A DNA stretch of 64,000 nucleotides from Octopus vulgaris (GCA_951406725.2 OX597814.1:109430001-109494000), one strand, 5' to 3'. Positions 22,391 to 36,590 are shown, counted from the first letter of the stretch. The notes: a model not told the origin generated them from the sequence alone. Numbers and translations: made by a program.

Positions 22391-25300
22391 GACAAATATT
22401 TCCTGTCACTAATATAATTATTCTTCTCTTTCCAGCACCATCTTTATTACTCTCAGCCACCATTATATAATCCTTTCTACTAGAAGCACAAGGCTTCTGA
22501 TTTGGGGGAAGGGGACTAGTTAATTACATCAACCCCAGTGTTTCACTGGGACTTAATTTATTGACCCCAAAAGGATGAAAGGCAAAGTTGACTGCAATGG
22601 ATTTTGAACTCAGAACATAGCGATGGGCCAATACCACTAAGCATTTCGTCCAGAATGCTGACAATTCTGCCAGCTTGCTGCCTTTCTTTTTTACTCTAGG
22701 CACAAGGCCCAAAAGTTTTGGGGGAAGGGGCCAGTCAATTCGATCGACCTTAGTATGCAACTGCTACTTAATTCATCGACCCCAAAAGGTTGAAAGACAA
22801 AATTGACCTCGGCGGAATTTCAACTCAGAATGTAAACACAGACAAAATACCACTAAGCATTTTCACCTGGTGTGCTAACGTTTTTGCCAGCTTGCCACCT
22901 TTCAGCCACCATTATTTAATGCAAGGTAGTCATGTATCTATTCTACAACACACCTACCCCATTCTTTCTATCATACTTTACTCTCTCAACATTTAGTATA
23001 TAAATCCAAATCCTTCTCTCTTCTACTTCTAACTCAATCAAGTGGGATAGTCAAGCAACCATGGTGACTTCGTTAATGTTGGTATCATGCCAGTGGAATG
23101 TTAAAAGCACATCTGAGCGTGATCGTTGCCAGGGCCACAGATTGGCTCCTTGCTGGTGACACATAAAAAGCATCATTTGAATGTGAGTGTTACCAGCGTC
23201 GCTTTACTGGCACATGTGCTGGTGGCACATCAAAAACAACATTTGAGCGTGGTCGTTGCCAGTGCCACCAGACAGGCTCCCATGCAAGTAGCACTGCCTG
23301 ACTGGCCCTCGTGCCAGTGGCATGTTAAAGCACCCACTACACTCTCAGAGAGGTTGGTGTTAGGAAGGGCATCCAGCTGTAGAAAGTTTGCCAGATCAGA
23401 TTGAGCCTGGTGCAGCCTCTGGCTCACCAGTGCTCAGTCAAACTATCCAACCCATGCTAGCATGGAAAAGACATAAAACGATGATGATGATGATTTAAAA
23501 AGAAAGAACTCAATACACTCTATAAAGTGGTTGGTGTTAGGAAGGGCATCCAGTCATTGAAACCATGCCGAAACTGAGACACTGGAGCCAGACATGGTCA
23601 CCTGACCTGTTGGATCCCATCTAAGTGGTCTTTGTTTAGCAAGTTACTTGGTGACCCTGCTGATGTTGGTGTCATGTAAAAAGCAGCAGGGCTGGTGCCA
23701 CATACAGAGCATCCAGTTCACTGTGTAAAGTGGCTGGCATCAGGAAGGGCATTCAGCCATAGAAACCATGCCAAAGCAGACAATGGAGCGCAGTGCAGCT
23801 CTCTAGCTTTGCCAGCTCCTGTCAAACCATGCCAACCGGGACATTAAATGATGATGATGATGTGTCAGTGAAACAATTGCTATCTAGGAGCAATACCTAT
23901 TTCTTTACTACAAGGGGCTAAACACAGAGAGGACAAACAAAAGGATCAAGTCGATTATATTGACCCCAATGCGTAACTGGTACTTAATTTATCGACCCCG
24001 AAAGAATGAAAGGCAATGTTGACCTCGGCGGAATTTGAACTCAGAATGTAACGGCAGACGAAATACCACTAAGCATTTTGCCCGGCGTGCTAATGTTTCT
24101 GCCAGCTCGCTGCCTTCTAGGAGCAATACAATTATTGTCTATTATCCCCATCATCATTGTTTCAACTTCGACTTTTCCGTGCTTCCATGGGTCAGATGGA
24201 ATTTGTCGAGACAGATTTTCTACAGCCAGACGCACTGCTCTGTTGTTAATTCTTAGCTGTCTCCAAGCAAGGTAATATCTTCCTATGACAAGACATGTTT
24301 TCAAGGAAGATTTGGAATGAAGGAGACTACTCGTATGATGGTGACACTTGTTTACAATTATCATGTCAAGTCGAGGCAAGGAGACAGTAACACGCACACA
24401 CACATGATGGGCTTCTTTCAGTTTCCATCTACCAAATCCACTGGCAAGGATTTGGTTGGCCCAGGACTGTGGTAGTACCACACAGTGAGACTTGAATATA
24501 AAGAAAAACTGAAAAACGAAAATGTAACAACAATACAAACAAGGTCATGAACAAAATAATTAGTGTGGCATCCAAGGTAAACTTAAGTCAAAAATATTTT
24601 GAGAGAAAATGGGATAACGAAAAAGAAGAAACAGGTTAACAAAAGGAGAAAAAAATAAATGATGGAAATGTAGATTTGTTTTACAAACATTACTTTTTTA
24701 TACAATAACTTTACACGCTATGGACGTTTATTCAGATATTATGAAGTAATATTTCATTGGCTCCTAGATAAAAGATTTATCTGTTCACTTTTGTTACTGT
24801 AGGCTTAGTGTAAGCTGAACAAGCTACTTATGTACCAGCGAAATGCTGTCCTAACCTACTATACACCTGATGCAATCTCTTCTGCTTCAACTACCTGCAC
24901 AACGATAAAAAGGTAAGCTAGTGAGGAGAAACTATGAAGCCATTTAACCTGCGAGGGAAAAAATAAATTAAGGAAAACAGCCAAGACTCCCTGAAATCAC
25001 AGCCAATCAACATTAAAAAAAAGAAAAAGAAGGAAACAATACCTTAGGATACAGAGAGAAATGCTGAGAAATTATTTCGGTTTCATTCAGGTGAATGTAG
25101 TGGAAGGGGTGGGTGGGGTGGAAAGAGACAAAAGTGTATAGCAGAGTGTAGAAATAATGACTGCAAACTTTGGCAAATTCGCATGAAGACACTTTTCCAG
25201 AACAAAGATTTACACACACACACACACACACACAACAACAACATCTTCTTTCAGTTTCCATCCACCAAGTCCTCTCACAAGGTTTTGGTTGGCTTCAGGC

Positions 25301-25813
25301 TATAGTAGAAAAAAAACACTTGCCTAAGGTGGGACTGAACCCAGAGCCATGTGGTGGGGAAACAAACTTCCTACCATAAATACACACATATGTGTGCATA
25401 CAACAGGCCACTTTCCATTTTTGACTGCTGTCCACTTGTAAAGAGGGTAGGCTGGGTGAAATGAAGCATGGCTCACAGGCTGTCGCTTACTGAATTCTGA
25501 ATTATATTCTTCATGTACTTCACAATACCACACCAAGAAGCTCCGCAACAACCCATCCATTAGCTTTGGTAGGTCCTCAGTTTCATGTTTGTTTTTCAAC
25601 AATAACATTAATGCAGTTGAGTGAGCTCCATCCTCTAATCCAAGGCTTCTTAACGATTTTTCCTTATGGACCTCTTAAATTCCTATTTTACTCAACTGGA
25701 CCCCCACAGCCATTTAATGTTTAAAAAATCCTTTAACATTTTCATAATTAAATATCATTAGGAACTGTATAGATACTTGTTAAAATATTTGGTGTATTGT
25801 ACAATTATAACTA

Positions 25814-26199
25814 ACTAGCAGTATCGCCCGGCATTGCTCGGGTTTGTTTCGACCCTTTAGAATTAGAATTTTTGAAAAGTAAAGATTTTGCATTATGTAG
25901 CTTGTTATTCTCTTTAAGTGAACATTTTTCTGGTTGAAATACACTGAAAAATGGCGACACAGCAGTCAAAAAATAAGGATTTTCATAGAAAAAAAGCACC
26001 TTTTTGATGTAAATAATTTTTGGTGTTAACATGGTTCGATTTGAATTTTTTCTTCTACAGAAGGAAGAGCAAGCCTTCTATCATACTCTCAATTTTGGTC
26101 AACTTGCGCCGCAAGGTCTCGGAGGAGATAGTGTTAGTTGAAGGCTACCAAACCTGCCATACACAGACAACTTCAGCTTTATATATATATAGAGAGAGA
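25814..26199 (+). mobile_element. Helitron-like element nested in a hAT-type MITE (~25640-26280)
   Basis: Same termini as the 19083 element with a different interior. The flanks join into a MITE ending gctgaggaacactg. Confidence 0.6.
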
Positions 26200-26320
26200 T
26201 TTATTGCCCATCAGTTATAATAACAAAATCATAAATTGTCCCCCAAGAGTCATGTGGACTCCAGCTGAGGAACACTGCTCTATCAGGATGTAGAAGTCTC
26301 CAAAATAAAACATCTTATGC

Positions 26321-26503
26321 AGCCTGCTAAGGATGCCGTGGCATGGCCATACTCAAGCAGGTTACCTGAACATAATGTATGTAGATCAACTTATCAGAGA
26401 CACCAGATGCCTCCCCAAAGACCTCCCTCAACTAAATGCAGGACTGGGATGGATGGCATACACAGGTTAAAAATGTCTGAGCAAACTTGACCTGATGATG
26501 ATG
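26321..26503 (+). mobile_element. 5'-truncated RTE-clade LINE 3' end
   Basis: Translates with one frameshift as PWHGHTQAGYLNIMYVDQLIRDTRCLPKDLPQL/MQDWDGWHTQV, resembling the RTE C-terminus (HG....GRP...Y.DQL..DT.....DL...M.DR.GW), and ends in (TGA)n. Confidence 0.7.
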
Positions 26504-26689
26504 CAGCCTGGTGTTTGGCATGACAACAGTGGTCAGTAAAAGACTACCAAGCATTATACAACAATAACAAATGGTTGGAATGTATCTATAAATCTCCTTA
26601 GTTTTGTGCTAATGCCATGAGAAGCCTGGTGTATCTACTGCCATCAAAGCAATCTTGAATCTTGTTTATTATAGTCGCCTTCGCAAGTA

Positions 26690-27100
26690 GAGTTTTGTGT
26701 CTTGGGACACAAAACTCTGCTTGTGAAGACCTGTTGAGGCAAGTGAAATCGAAATCGATAAAAAATCAATAGAAATTGTAGTTGTGATACCAGTGCTGGT
26801 GGCACGTAAAAGAACCATCCGAACGTGGCCGTTGCCAGCGCCGCCTCGACTGGCTTCTGTTCCGGTGGCACGTAAAGAGCACCAACCGATCGTGGCCATT
26901 GCCAGCCTCGCCTGGCACGTTAAAAGCACCCACTACACTCAGAGAGTGGTTGGTGTTAGGAAGGGCATCCAGCTGTAGAAACACTGCCAGATCAGACTGG
27001 AGCCTGGTGCAGCCTCCTGGCTTCCCAGACCCCAGTCAAACCGTCCAACCCATGCTAGCATGGAAAACAGACGTTAAACGACGATGATGATGATGATGAC
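26690..27100 (+). mobile_element. Family B element
   Basis: Three internal units plus the conserved 3' end and a (GAT)n tail. Confidence 0.75.
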
Positions 27101-30100
27101 GAGGCTTTGTCTCCACAGAAAAGAATTCTCTGTGCACATGCCCTGGAGAAGGTGAGTCTTCTAAACTGAAATACTTGACTGCTAGAGGTCTAGTTTTCAG
27201 TCACCAATGAGAACTTCCATTGAACATCTCTTTACCAGCTTTAGCAATAAGCAGAGCAATCAGGTTGTGAAGTTGTTTACAACAACACACACTAATAAAC
27301 ATAACCGAGAGAGAGAGAGAGGGGGAGAGAAAGAGCTGCACAGAAGTAGCCTTTCCTTTTGATAATAAACAAAGATAAACAACAAACATTTTGTACTAAT
27401 TTCCTGTTAAGTTGCTTAAAAGATTTTGTGGTTTTAAGTAAATGTAGGTTGTAGAAATATTTATTTTTTTGAAAAGTACTTAAAACACAAAAGCTTACAC
27501 CACCCACAGACAACATGACTGGTAACAGATGTGAGTTGGAGCAGATAATGATCAGCTTTAATAAGTCATACACTGAAATACTTACATAAACGTAAACATT
27601 GACTAAAACCAATTTAAAATACTCATTTTATTAACCTTCCCTCCCCTTGAAAGCCATCAATTAATACTCACACAAACTTTAATAATCACAGATGTGAGTT
27701 GCTCTCTCTCTCTCTCTCTCGTGTGTGTGTGTGTGTGTGTGTATGTATATCTATCTTTGCCTTGGAAAAGTGTCTTCATGTGAGTGGACAGCAGGCAAAA
27801 ATGGAAAGTGGCCTGTTGTATACACACATAGATGTAAGTGTATGTATGGTAGGAAGTTTGCTTCCCAACCACATGGCTCTGGGTTCAGTCCCACCTTAGG
27901 CAAGTGTTTTCTACTATAGCCTGAAGCCAACCAAAACCTTGTGAGAGGACTTGGTGGATGGAAACTAAAAGGTGTCGTATGTGTGTGCATGTATGTGTGC
28001 TTTTGTCCCCCACAACTGCCTGGCAATTGGTGTTGGTTTATTTACATCCCTGTTACTTAGCGGTTTGGCAAAAGAGACAGATAGAATAAGTGCTAGGCTT
28101 AAAAAACAAAAGAAATATGGGTGACTCATTTGGTAAAAAATTCTTCGAGGTGGTATCCCAACATGGCCACAGTCTAATAAGTGAAACAAGTAAAAGATAA
28201 AAGCTATCTATAGACCTTAGCCAATACTGAATATATAAACAGATGTATCCAGCATGTCCTTATATACAACATCTTCATGCACAGGAAAGGAAGGATCCGC
28301 CAAACTAGTTTCAATCCCTTTTGGGATTTCATCAGCTTCTGAGTACCCTCTTTAACTGCTAACAGAAAATCTGCTAATAAATTGGTTGTTACTAAGGGCT
28401 TAATTATACATTGCAAATTAGGTAATGAGTACAAAAAGAAAACAACATGGAAGGGACAAGGTTTTAACAGATGAATCAAATCGAAATCGATCAAAAATCA
28501 ATGGAAATTGTAGTTGTGATACGAGTGCCGGTGGCACGTAAAAGAACCATCCGAACATGGCCGTTGCCAGCGCCGCCTTGACTGGCCTCCATGCTGGTGG
28601 CACGTAAAATGCACCAACTGGTCGTGGCCATTGCCAGCCTCACCTGGCACCTGTGCCGGTGGCATGTAAAAAGCACCCACTACACTCACGGAGTGGTTGG
28701 TGTTAGGAAGGGCATCCAGCTGTAGAAACACTGCCAGATCAAACTGGGCCTTGTGCAGCCTCCTGGCTTCCCAGACCCCGGTCGAGCTGTCCAACCCATG
28801 CCAGCATGGGAAACAGACGTTAAACGATGATGATGATGATGATTGGTTTTAATGCTTAAAAAGAAAAGAAAGAGTCTTGATGTTTTGAAAAGGTAAGATA
28901 GATTTGAATAAGAAAAGCTGGTAGGAAAAAAAATGGTTTTCTATAGGATGAAAATAGTGATCCCACAAGATTACTGAACTTAGTTGAGAAATAGTGGTTC
29001 CTTGTTTGAATCCAGTACAGAACCAGCTATATATTCAGGAATAAGGTATCAGATGATGAGTTCAAATCATCATCATCATCATTTAATATCTGTTTTCCAT
29101 GCTGTGTCATGGGTTGGAGAGTTTGATAAGAGCTGGTAGGGCTGGGAGATGTACTAGGGTCCATTGTCTGTTTTGGCATGGCTTCTATGGCTGGATGCCC
29201 TTTCTAATGCCAACCACTTTAGAGAGTGTACTGGGTGCTTTTTATGCAGCACCAGCCCTGATGCTTTTTTTATGCAGCACCAGCACCAGTGGGGTTGCCA
29301 GATAGTTTGCAAGACAAAGACCTCTCGTCTGAGAGAGGGAGTAGAACTAAGAGAAGTGACCATGTGCCAGGTGAGAGGTTAGAGTATGAGATAAAGGGAC
29401 AGAGATGATAGTCTTACTACAGACAAGATACTTGGCTACCCTAGCAGGACAAGGAAAAAGAGGAAGATGGGAGAGAGAGAGAAAAACAAAGAGAATGAGA
29501 GAGAAGGCCTAACCACAGGGAACAGTGAAGAGGGGGTATAAGTAGTAGACGGGATAGAGGTGGGTGTTCCATAAGAATGTAAAAGAGATCTAATTTGGCA
29601 TGATTTTTATGGCTGGATGCTCTGTAAATATATAAATATAAATATTGTAAAATATTCACACTACAATGTGAAATCAATAGTGTGGAGAAGTATAATTTTA
29701 AGAGGAAATTCACACCTGCATTGATGTAAACTATTAAACGTACATCTCTATATATTTCTTGTCAAGCAAAATATTTCTATTGGATGTATTTTATATCCTA
29801 TATCTTCAAGAATGATTATTTTTGCTAATATAGTAAATAATTTTTAATGACTAGATGCTTTTCCTGTTGCCAATCTTCACCTGTTTCCAAGCAAGATGAC
29901 ATGTCCCATACTCCTTTAAATATGAACAGTACAATGATCAGGCATGTTTTCATGGAAGATTGCAAAAAAAAAAGAAAAAACCCTATGTTTTTATAATGGT
30001 GACATTTTTTTACACTTAGCACATGATGTAAAGACAAAGAGACACAAACATACACACCTTTATTACACACAAACACAATGGGCTTCTTTCAGATTCCATA

Positions 30101-30473
30101 TTCTAAATTCACTCATGTGTCTTTGGTTAGCTCAGGGTATAAAGTCGATGACACTTGACCCCAGTACGACACAGTGGCACTGAACCTGAGACCAGGTTCA
30201 ATCTCACTATGGTTAAGAAGTAAACTTTTAAACAACACAACCAAAATACTATCAACATCATCATCATCATCTTCATTGTTTTTTTGACATCCACTTGGCC
30301 TGGGTCAGACAGAATTTTGTTGAGTCAAATTTTCTACAGCTGGATGTCCTTCCTGTTGCCAAGCGAAGTAATATTTCCCTATGAGCAGACATGTTTTTCA
30401 CAAAAGACAGGAAATGAACAACATCACTTGTCTGACGACGATGCTCATTTGCAACCAGTATCTATAGATATGT

Positions 30474-30947
30474 ACATTTGACGGATATTTGTCCTCATCT
30501 TGTTTGTTGTTAACACGTTTCGGCTGATATACCCTTCAGCCTTCATCAGGTCTCTTGGGGAAATTTCGATCTTGGGATCTCATTCTTAAAGTACTTTTTG
30601 ATATTGCTGTTGTTATTATGATTACTATTATTATTCAGGTCACTGCTTGGAATTGAACTCGGAATCTTGAGGTTAGTAGCCTGCACTCTTAACCACTATG
30701 CCAAATGCTCACTCAAGATTCCGAGTTTGATTCCAAGCAGTAACCTGAACAACAACAACAACAACAGCAACAACAACATCGAGAATACCTTAAGAATGAG
30801 AACCCAGGTTCGAAATTCCCCCAAGACACCTGATGAAGGCTTGAGGGTATATCAGCTGAAACGATCTAACAACAAACAAGATGAGGATAAATATCCATCA
30901 AATGTAAATAGTGTACATAATTCCTCATCTCTTAAATATAGAACTGT
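30474..30947. mobile_element. Family E inverted pair (second large copy)
   Basis: Same arms as 388-840: a minus arm with tRNA head and CTGATGAAGGCTG...CAGCCGAAAC, and a plus arm ending aattcctcatctcttaaatatagaactgt. Confidence 0.75.
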
Positions 30948-31344
30948 CTATAGATATGGTGGAAGTGTGCAGCCTAGTGGTGAAGGTGTTGGTCTCATGA
31001 TCACAAGATTATGGTTTCAATTCCTGGACCAGGCAATGCATTGTGTTCTTGAGCAAAACACTTCATTTCATCTTGCTCCAGTCCACTCAGCTGACAAAAA
31101 TGAGTAATCCTGCAACAGACCGGCATCCCATCCAGGAGGTAACTATATATATACCACAGAAACCAAGAAGCCAGCCCTTATGAGTCCATAGGGTTTGAGA
31201 ACGATGCTTTGTCCTTTTATATGTGTGTGTGTTTGTGTGTGTGTGCATCTATGTATGTATGTGTGTGTACAGGATACAAATGCTTTAACTATGAATTACC
31301 AACAAATAATAAAATATAGTTGGTACTTTTTCTATCTCTCTACA

Positions 31345-32068
31345 TCAACCCTTTCAATACCAACCTGGCAAACCAGCTCTGGCTCTGTAGTACAAATGTC
31401 TTGTTTTCTTAAGTTTTGAATTAAAATCTTCCACCGAACTTTAGTCACAATTTATGTTCCTAACACTAGCTGAATGATAACTAAGTTATTTTACTAAATT
31501 CCTAGTTATATTTGAAGTAATTGAAAGAAACACAGAGCATCTCAACAGAAATACAGTAACAAAAGGGTTAAGATATACAATAGACAATTCTTAACCCTTT
31601 CGATACCAACCAGGCTGAAACTGCTTCTGGCTCTGTTGTACAAATGCCTTGTTTTCAAAAGTTCTGAATTAAAATCTTCCACCGAACTTTAGTCACAATT
31701 TATGTTCCTAACACTAGCTGAATGATAACTAAGTTATTTTACTAAATTCCTAGTTATATTTGAAGTAATTGAAAGAAACACAGAGCATCTCAACAGAAAT
31801 ACAGTAACAAAAGGGTTAAGATATACAATAGACAATTCTTAACCCTTTCGATACCAACCAGGCTGAAACTGCTTCTGGCTCTGTTGTACAAATGCCTTGT
31901 TTTCAAAATTTCTGAATTAAAATCTTCCACCAAACTTTAGTCACAATTTATGTTCCTAACACTTGCTTAATGATAACTAAGTTATTTTACTAAATTCTTT
32001 GTTATATTTAAAATTAATTGAAAGAAACACAGAGCATCTCAACAGAAATACAGTAACAAAAGGGTTAA
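31345..32068. mobile_element. Three tandem piggyBac-like MITEs (248-bp period)
   Basis: Units are bounded by TTAA-CCCTTT...AAAGGG-TTAA (the first left site reads TCAA), with an identical 19-bp spacer at 31572-31590 and 31820-31838. Confidence 0.8.
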
Positions 32069-33753
32069 AAGAGTAAAATAATGACCATGGGATTGCACCG
32101 ACAAACTTCCTCTCCAAGGCACAAGTTTGAGCAAGGTTGTTTTATGGAAGACCAGCAGTCGCCCATGCATACCAGCCTCCCCTCTTCACGCCTCCAATGT
32201 TATCCAAGTGAAAAGCAAAGGGGCCGTTACAGCTCATTTCTATAGATCAGTGAACTGGGGCAATGTGGAATCAAATGTCTTGCTCAAGAACACAACACAC
32301 AACCTGGCCTGGGAATTGCATTCACAACCTCGTAGACGTAAGCTTGACACTCTAACCACTGAGCTATGCACCTCATACATTATACCGTGGCTAACTTAGC
32401 TTTCATACTTTTGGGGTCAACAAAAAATACCAATAAAGGTTGTTGGATTGATGAAACTGTAAGAACATGAGACCAGATGCCTTCCAGTATTTGTTCTGGC
32501 TTTTTGCATTCTTAGTTTAAATCCTGCTGTGGCCTACTTGGGTGATAGACTAAATCCATCATTTGGCATCAGGGTTAACTTTAGAGGAGGAATGTACTCA
32601 AGCGAGGTCTCCGGCTTGGGGACATCTTTCTCCCTCTCTTTCACCAACATCAGAAGCCCGTTAAAGGGTCACTGGCACTGTTTTCCCCTTTGACTAAAGT
32701 ATAAGTATATTAAAAACTTGTACAGATAGCATGTCAATCTTTTGATGCTGGTACATGATGTCATTCACCCATACAACCTTCCCTCATGACATAAATAAAG
32801 AGGCTAGACTGAAAAAGAGGGTAAACAATATCGTTTCCTCACACTGACCCTCTATAGACAAATGCTGAAGGAATGTCAAATATCACTACTTTTACAAATA
32901 CAAATTTTAGTATTTGTCAAATGGTAACTTTTCACTCCATGAAAGTCAAAAACTCCCTAGGATTGAAAGAGCTGAAGAAAAAAATAATAATCTTTTCTTC
33001 TATAAACATAAAGCCTGAAAATAAGGGAGAGGGTGTTAGTTGATTACACTGACCCCAAGGCTCAACTGGCAGTAATTTCATTGATCCTGAAAGGATGAAA
33101 GGCACAGACAGCCTAAAAAGCACCATCCAAATATGGCTGATGCCAGCCCCCTCACACTGACTGGCTCCCATGCCAGTGGTACATAAAAAGCACTATCTGA
33201 ACGTGGCCGATGCCAGGACCCCCTGACTGGCTCTTCTGCCAGTGGCACGTAAAAAGCACCCACTACACTCTCAGAGTGGTTGGCATTAAGAAGGGCATCC
33301 AGCTGTAGAAAACCTTGCCAGATCAGATTGGAGCCTGATGCAGCCACTGGCTTTCCAGATCTCAGTCAAACCCATGCCAGCATGGAAAACAGATGTTAAT
33401 CAATGATGGTAATGATGATGTTAGCTAAATCAATCTAAACTTGGCTGTATGGGTTTGTGGAACATGAACAAGTAGTTAAGTAGTAAAATATTTTGACTCT
33501 GTAACTCGTGTAAACATATTGACAGTGGTTGGCGGTGGAGATTAAAATTTAAACCTTCTGTCGATAAATTCCATACATACATTTGTATGTATACTTATGC
33601 ACACAAACAATTTCAAATAGTTTAGAGGACTGAGTCAAAAGGTTTTAAAATAATAATTTGAGAAACAATTGGTGTTTTAAGCTAGCATTTCATTTCAATG
33701 GTAAGGAATGATTCCTCTGAGTGCATCTGTGTATATGTATGTATATGTATGTA

Positions 33754-33817
<64 letters not shown>

Positions 33818-34230
33818 TACCTACTCTAGTGCACATCTTCGACTTTGTTTCCGCGTAACTTTCGGGAAAATGGATATTTTTAAATGAAATGTTCTACAAA
33901 TACGTTTCAGATCGTGTAGATTTCGATTATCTCGGAATTTGAGGTTAAAAAAAAAATTCTTAGAGTCGGGAAAAGGAGTTTCGAAAAATTCGCATGAATT
34001 TGCTTTGTTTCCTCATAACTTTCAGAAAAACGGGTATTTTTTTATGAAATTTTCTACAGATACCTTTCAGATGATGTAGATTACGATTATATTGGAATCT
34101 GATATGACAAAAAATATAATAATAATAAAAAGAACTTGGTGGGCTCGTACACATACATACTGATTGATACACGACTTATAGTATCTACAAAACGAAACTT
34201 GAATAGCGAAAAAAAAATTGCGAGGTATAC

Positions 34231-34613
34231 TTTTTTACTCTTTTACTTGTTTCAGTCATTTGATTGTGGCCATGCTGGAGCACCGCCTTTAGTCGAGCAA
34301 ATCGACCCCAGGACTTATTCTTTGTAAGCCTAGTACTTATTCTATCGGTATCTTTTGCTGAACCGCTAAGTTACCGGGACATAAACACACCAGCATCAGT
34401 TGTCAAGCGATGTTGGGGAGACAAACACACGCATACATATATATATACATATATACGACGGGCTTCTTTCAGTTTCCGTCTACCAAATCCACTCACAAGG
34501 CTTTGGTCAGCCCAAGGCTATAGTAGAAGACGCTTGCCCTAGGTGCCATGCAGTGGGACTGAACCCGGAACTATGTGGTTCGTAAGCAAGCTACTTACCA
34601 CAAAGCCACTCCT
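34231..34613 (-). mobile_element. Family A SINE (close to consensus)
   Basis: Full-length match to the consensus. Confidence 0.85.
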
Positions 34614-35284
34614 ATGTCAAAATATTTGTATGCGTGCCCTGAAATTTTATTTTTCACATTAAATTGCGATATAATGGTAATCTGCACCATCCGAGATGTA
34701 TTTGTAGAAAATTTCATTCAAAAATATCCATTTTTCTGGAAGCTATGAATACACAAAGTCTGGTGGGTATTCCACACACACTTGTATAGGTATTCCACAC
34801 ACACAGACACACCTTAATTATATCATGTATCATCTGTGTCTGTGAGATACAAGATGATGTCACTTGGATAAGTAAAGAATTACGACACTGCGACAAGTTA
34901 GTGAAGCAGCACAGACTGACGAGCCAACCTCCGGGTGGATGACATTTCGCCAGATTCCTCAGCATTCATGCACTTTTAAAAATAAATGCAGACGTTTGTT
35001 TTATCTTGTTTCAGCATTTTTTCCACTGTAATCGCTAAATTAGCTCGATAAATTTATGAATTATTATATGCAGGAAAGAGAGGATATGATGACGGTCGAC
35101 ACCTCTCACTTGCGATTATTTTCGCAGTCTGGATTTACAAAGACTAAAGTAAAAGAACCCAAATGTTACCCCGCCCTTAAGAGACCCAAAGAGAAGGCCA
35201 AGAGGAAAATTAACAGACATTAGTGACGGGAGATGTTGCTCAAGGGAATCCATAGGCTTAGCTATCAGTGAAATGATATTGTAT

Positions 35285-35590
35285 ACAGAGAGTGAGAAAG
35301 AGAGAGAGAGATACACACAAAGAGAAAGAAAGAAAATAGGAGAGAGAGGAAGGGAGATGATTAAAAGACAAAGAGAGAGTGAAGGAGCAAAAATAGAGAG
35401 ATGTAGAGAACAGAAACCAGAGGAGGAGCAATAGAGAGAACTAGAAGACATAAAGGAAGAGAGACAGGGCAGAAAATAAATAAAGAGAGGATAAGAGAGA
35501 GGGGAGAGAAAAGGGAGAAAGAGGAAGACAAAAGGAGAGAGGGGGAAGAAGATAGAGAAGGCACGAGAAAGAGGGGGAGGAGGGGAGACC
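35285..35590. repeat. GA-rich polypurine low-complexity tract
   Basis: Read directly. Confidence 0.85.
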
Positions 35591-36189
35591 ATTCTTGAAT
35601 ATTAAATGGAACTTTTAAACAGAAATGAAGAAAAATATTGGATCTGTTTGACAAATAATGTAATCTTCATATAAAAACTTACAGTAAAGTATTAACAACT
35701 AAAATGCGACAGGTAGATAGAAATAATGGGGAAATGATAGAGAGGGAATACGGAATTATTAAAGAAAAAAATATTTAAGACCTCCCTTACAGAGTTTGTT
35801 TAAGTTTAAATAACTATTTGAGGTGAATTAAAAAAAAGTATGAAATACCAATAATTTATTGTGTGATAATTTATTATTCGAAAGTTCATTAAAACTATAC
35901 AAAAATTATCAAAATTGAAAGCATTATTTTTGTGGGGGTCGTTTCTGGCTGCAAGCGTTACCTTGGAGTTAAAAACGAAAATAACAAAAAAGGAAACGAA
36001 TGTTTATTAGATATGGAAGAGACACACAGCACTTAACTTATTACATTTATTAGGTATTTCTAGAGTAGTAATTAGACATTTCTCGTTAATTTAAAAGGGA
36101 AAGAAAACAAACTTTCAAGATCAGAGTTGGAAACCAACTTTAAAAAGATTTAGAAATAAAAGTGACGCAGAAATCACTGAAAAAATGTG

Positions 36190-36590
36190 GACAATATGTA
36201 CAAGATTCTAGTAAAATGTTGGCAATATTTCTAATATTTTAGTAACATACTTGTTATATTCACAATATTCTAGTAAAATACCAGTAATATCTACAATATT
36301 CCTGTAAAATACTGACAATATTTACAACATTCCTACAAAATGCTGGCCATATTCACAATATACCTGCGAAATGTTGGTTATATTTACACTATTCCTGTAA
36401 AATACTTGTTATATTTACTATATCCAAGTAAAATACTAGTTATATTCACTATATACCTGTGAAATACTAATTATATTTACACCCTACCTGCCAAATACCC
36501 GTTATATTTACAATATTCCTGTAAAATATAGACAGTATTATAATATTCCAGAAAAATACTGGCAATATTTACAGCACTCCTATAAAATGG
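36190..36590. repeat. Diverged 31-bp minisatellite (~13 units)
   Basis: Consensus approximately atatttacaatattcctgtaaaatactggca. Confidence 0.85.

Noticed and set aside
25324-25608. 94-aa ORF as a possible gene X exon
   Set aside because: No convincing splice sites, and it runs into duplicated SINE sequence.
27499-27518. Possible 20-nt minus-strand exon (ccag...gtaagc)
   Set aside because: Not a multiple of three and the pyrimidine tract is weak; insufficient support.
31345-32068. Repeat-spacer pattern resembling CRISPR
   Set aside because: Units are ~230-bp MITEs with identical spacers, in a eukaryotic context with no cas genes.
35116-35654. Hydrophobic ORFs of 158 and 97 aa
   Set aside because: Reverse translation of a GA-rich low-complexity tract.
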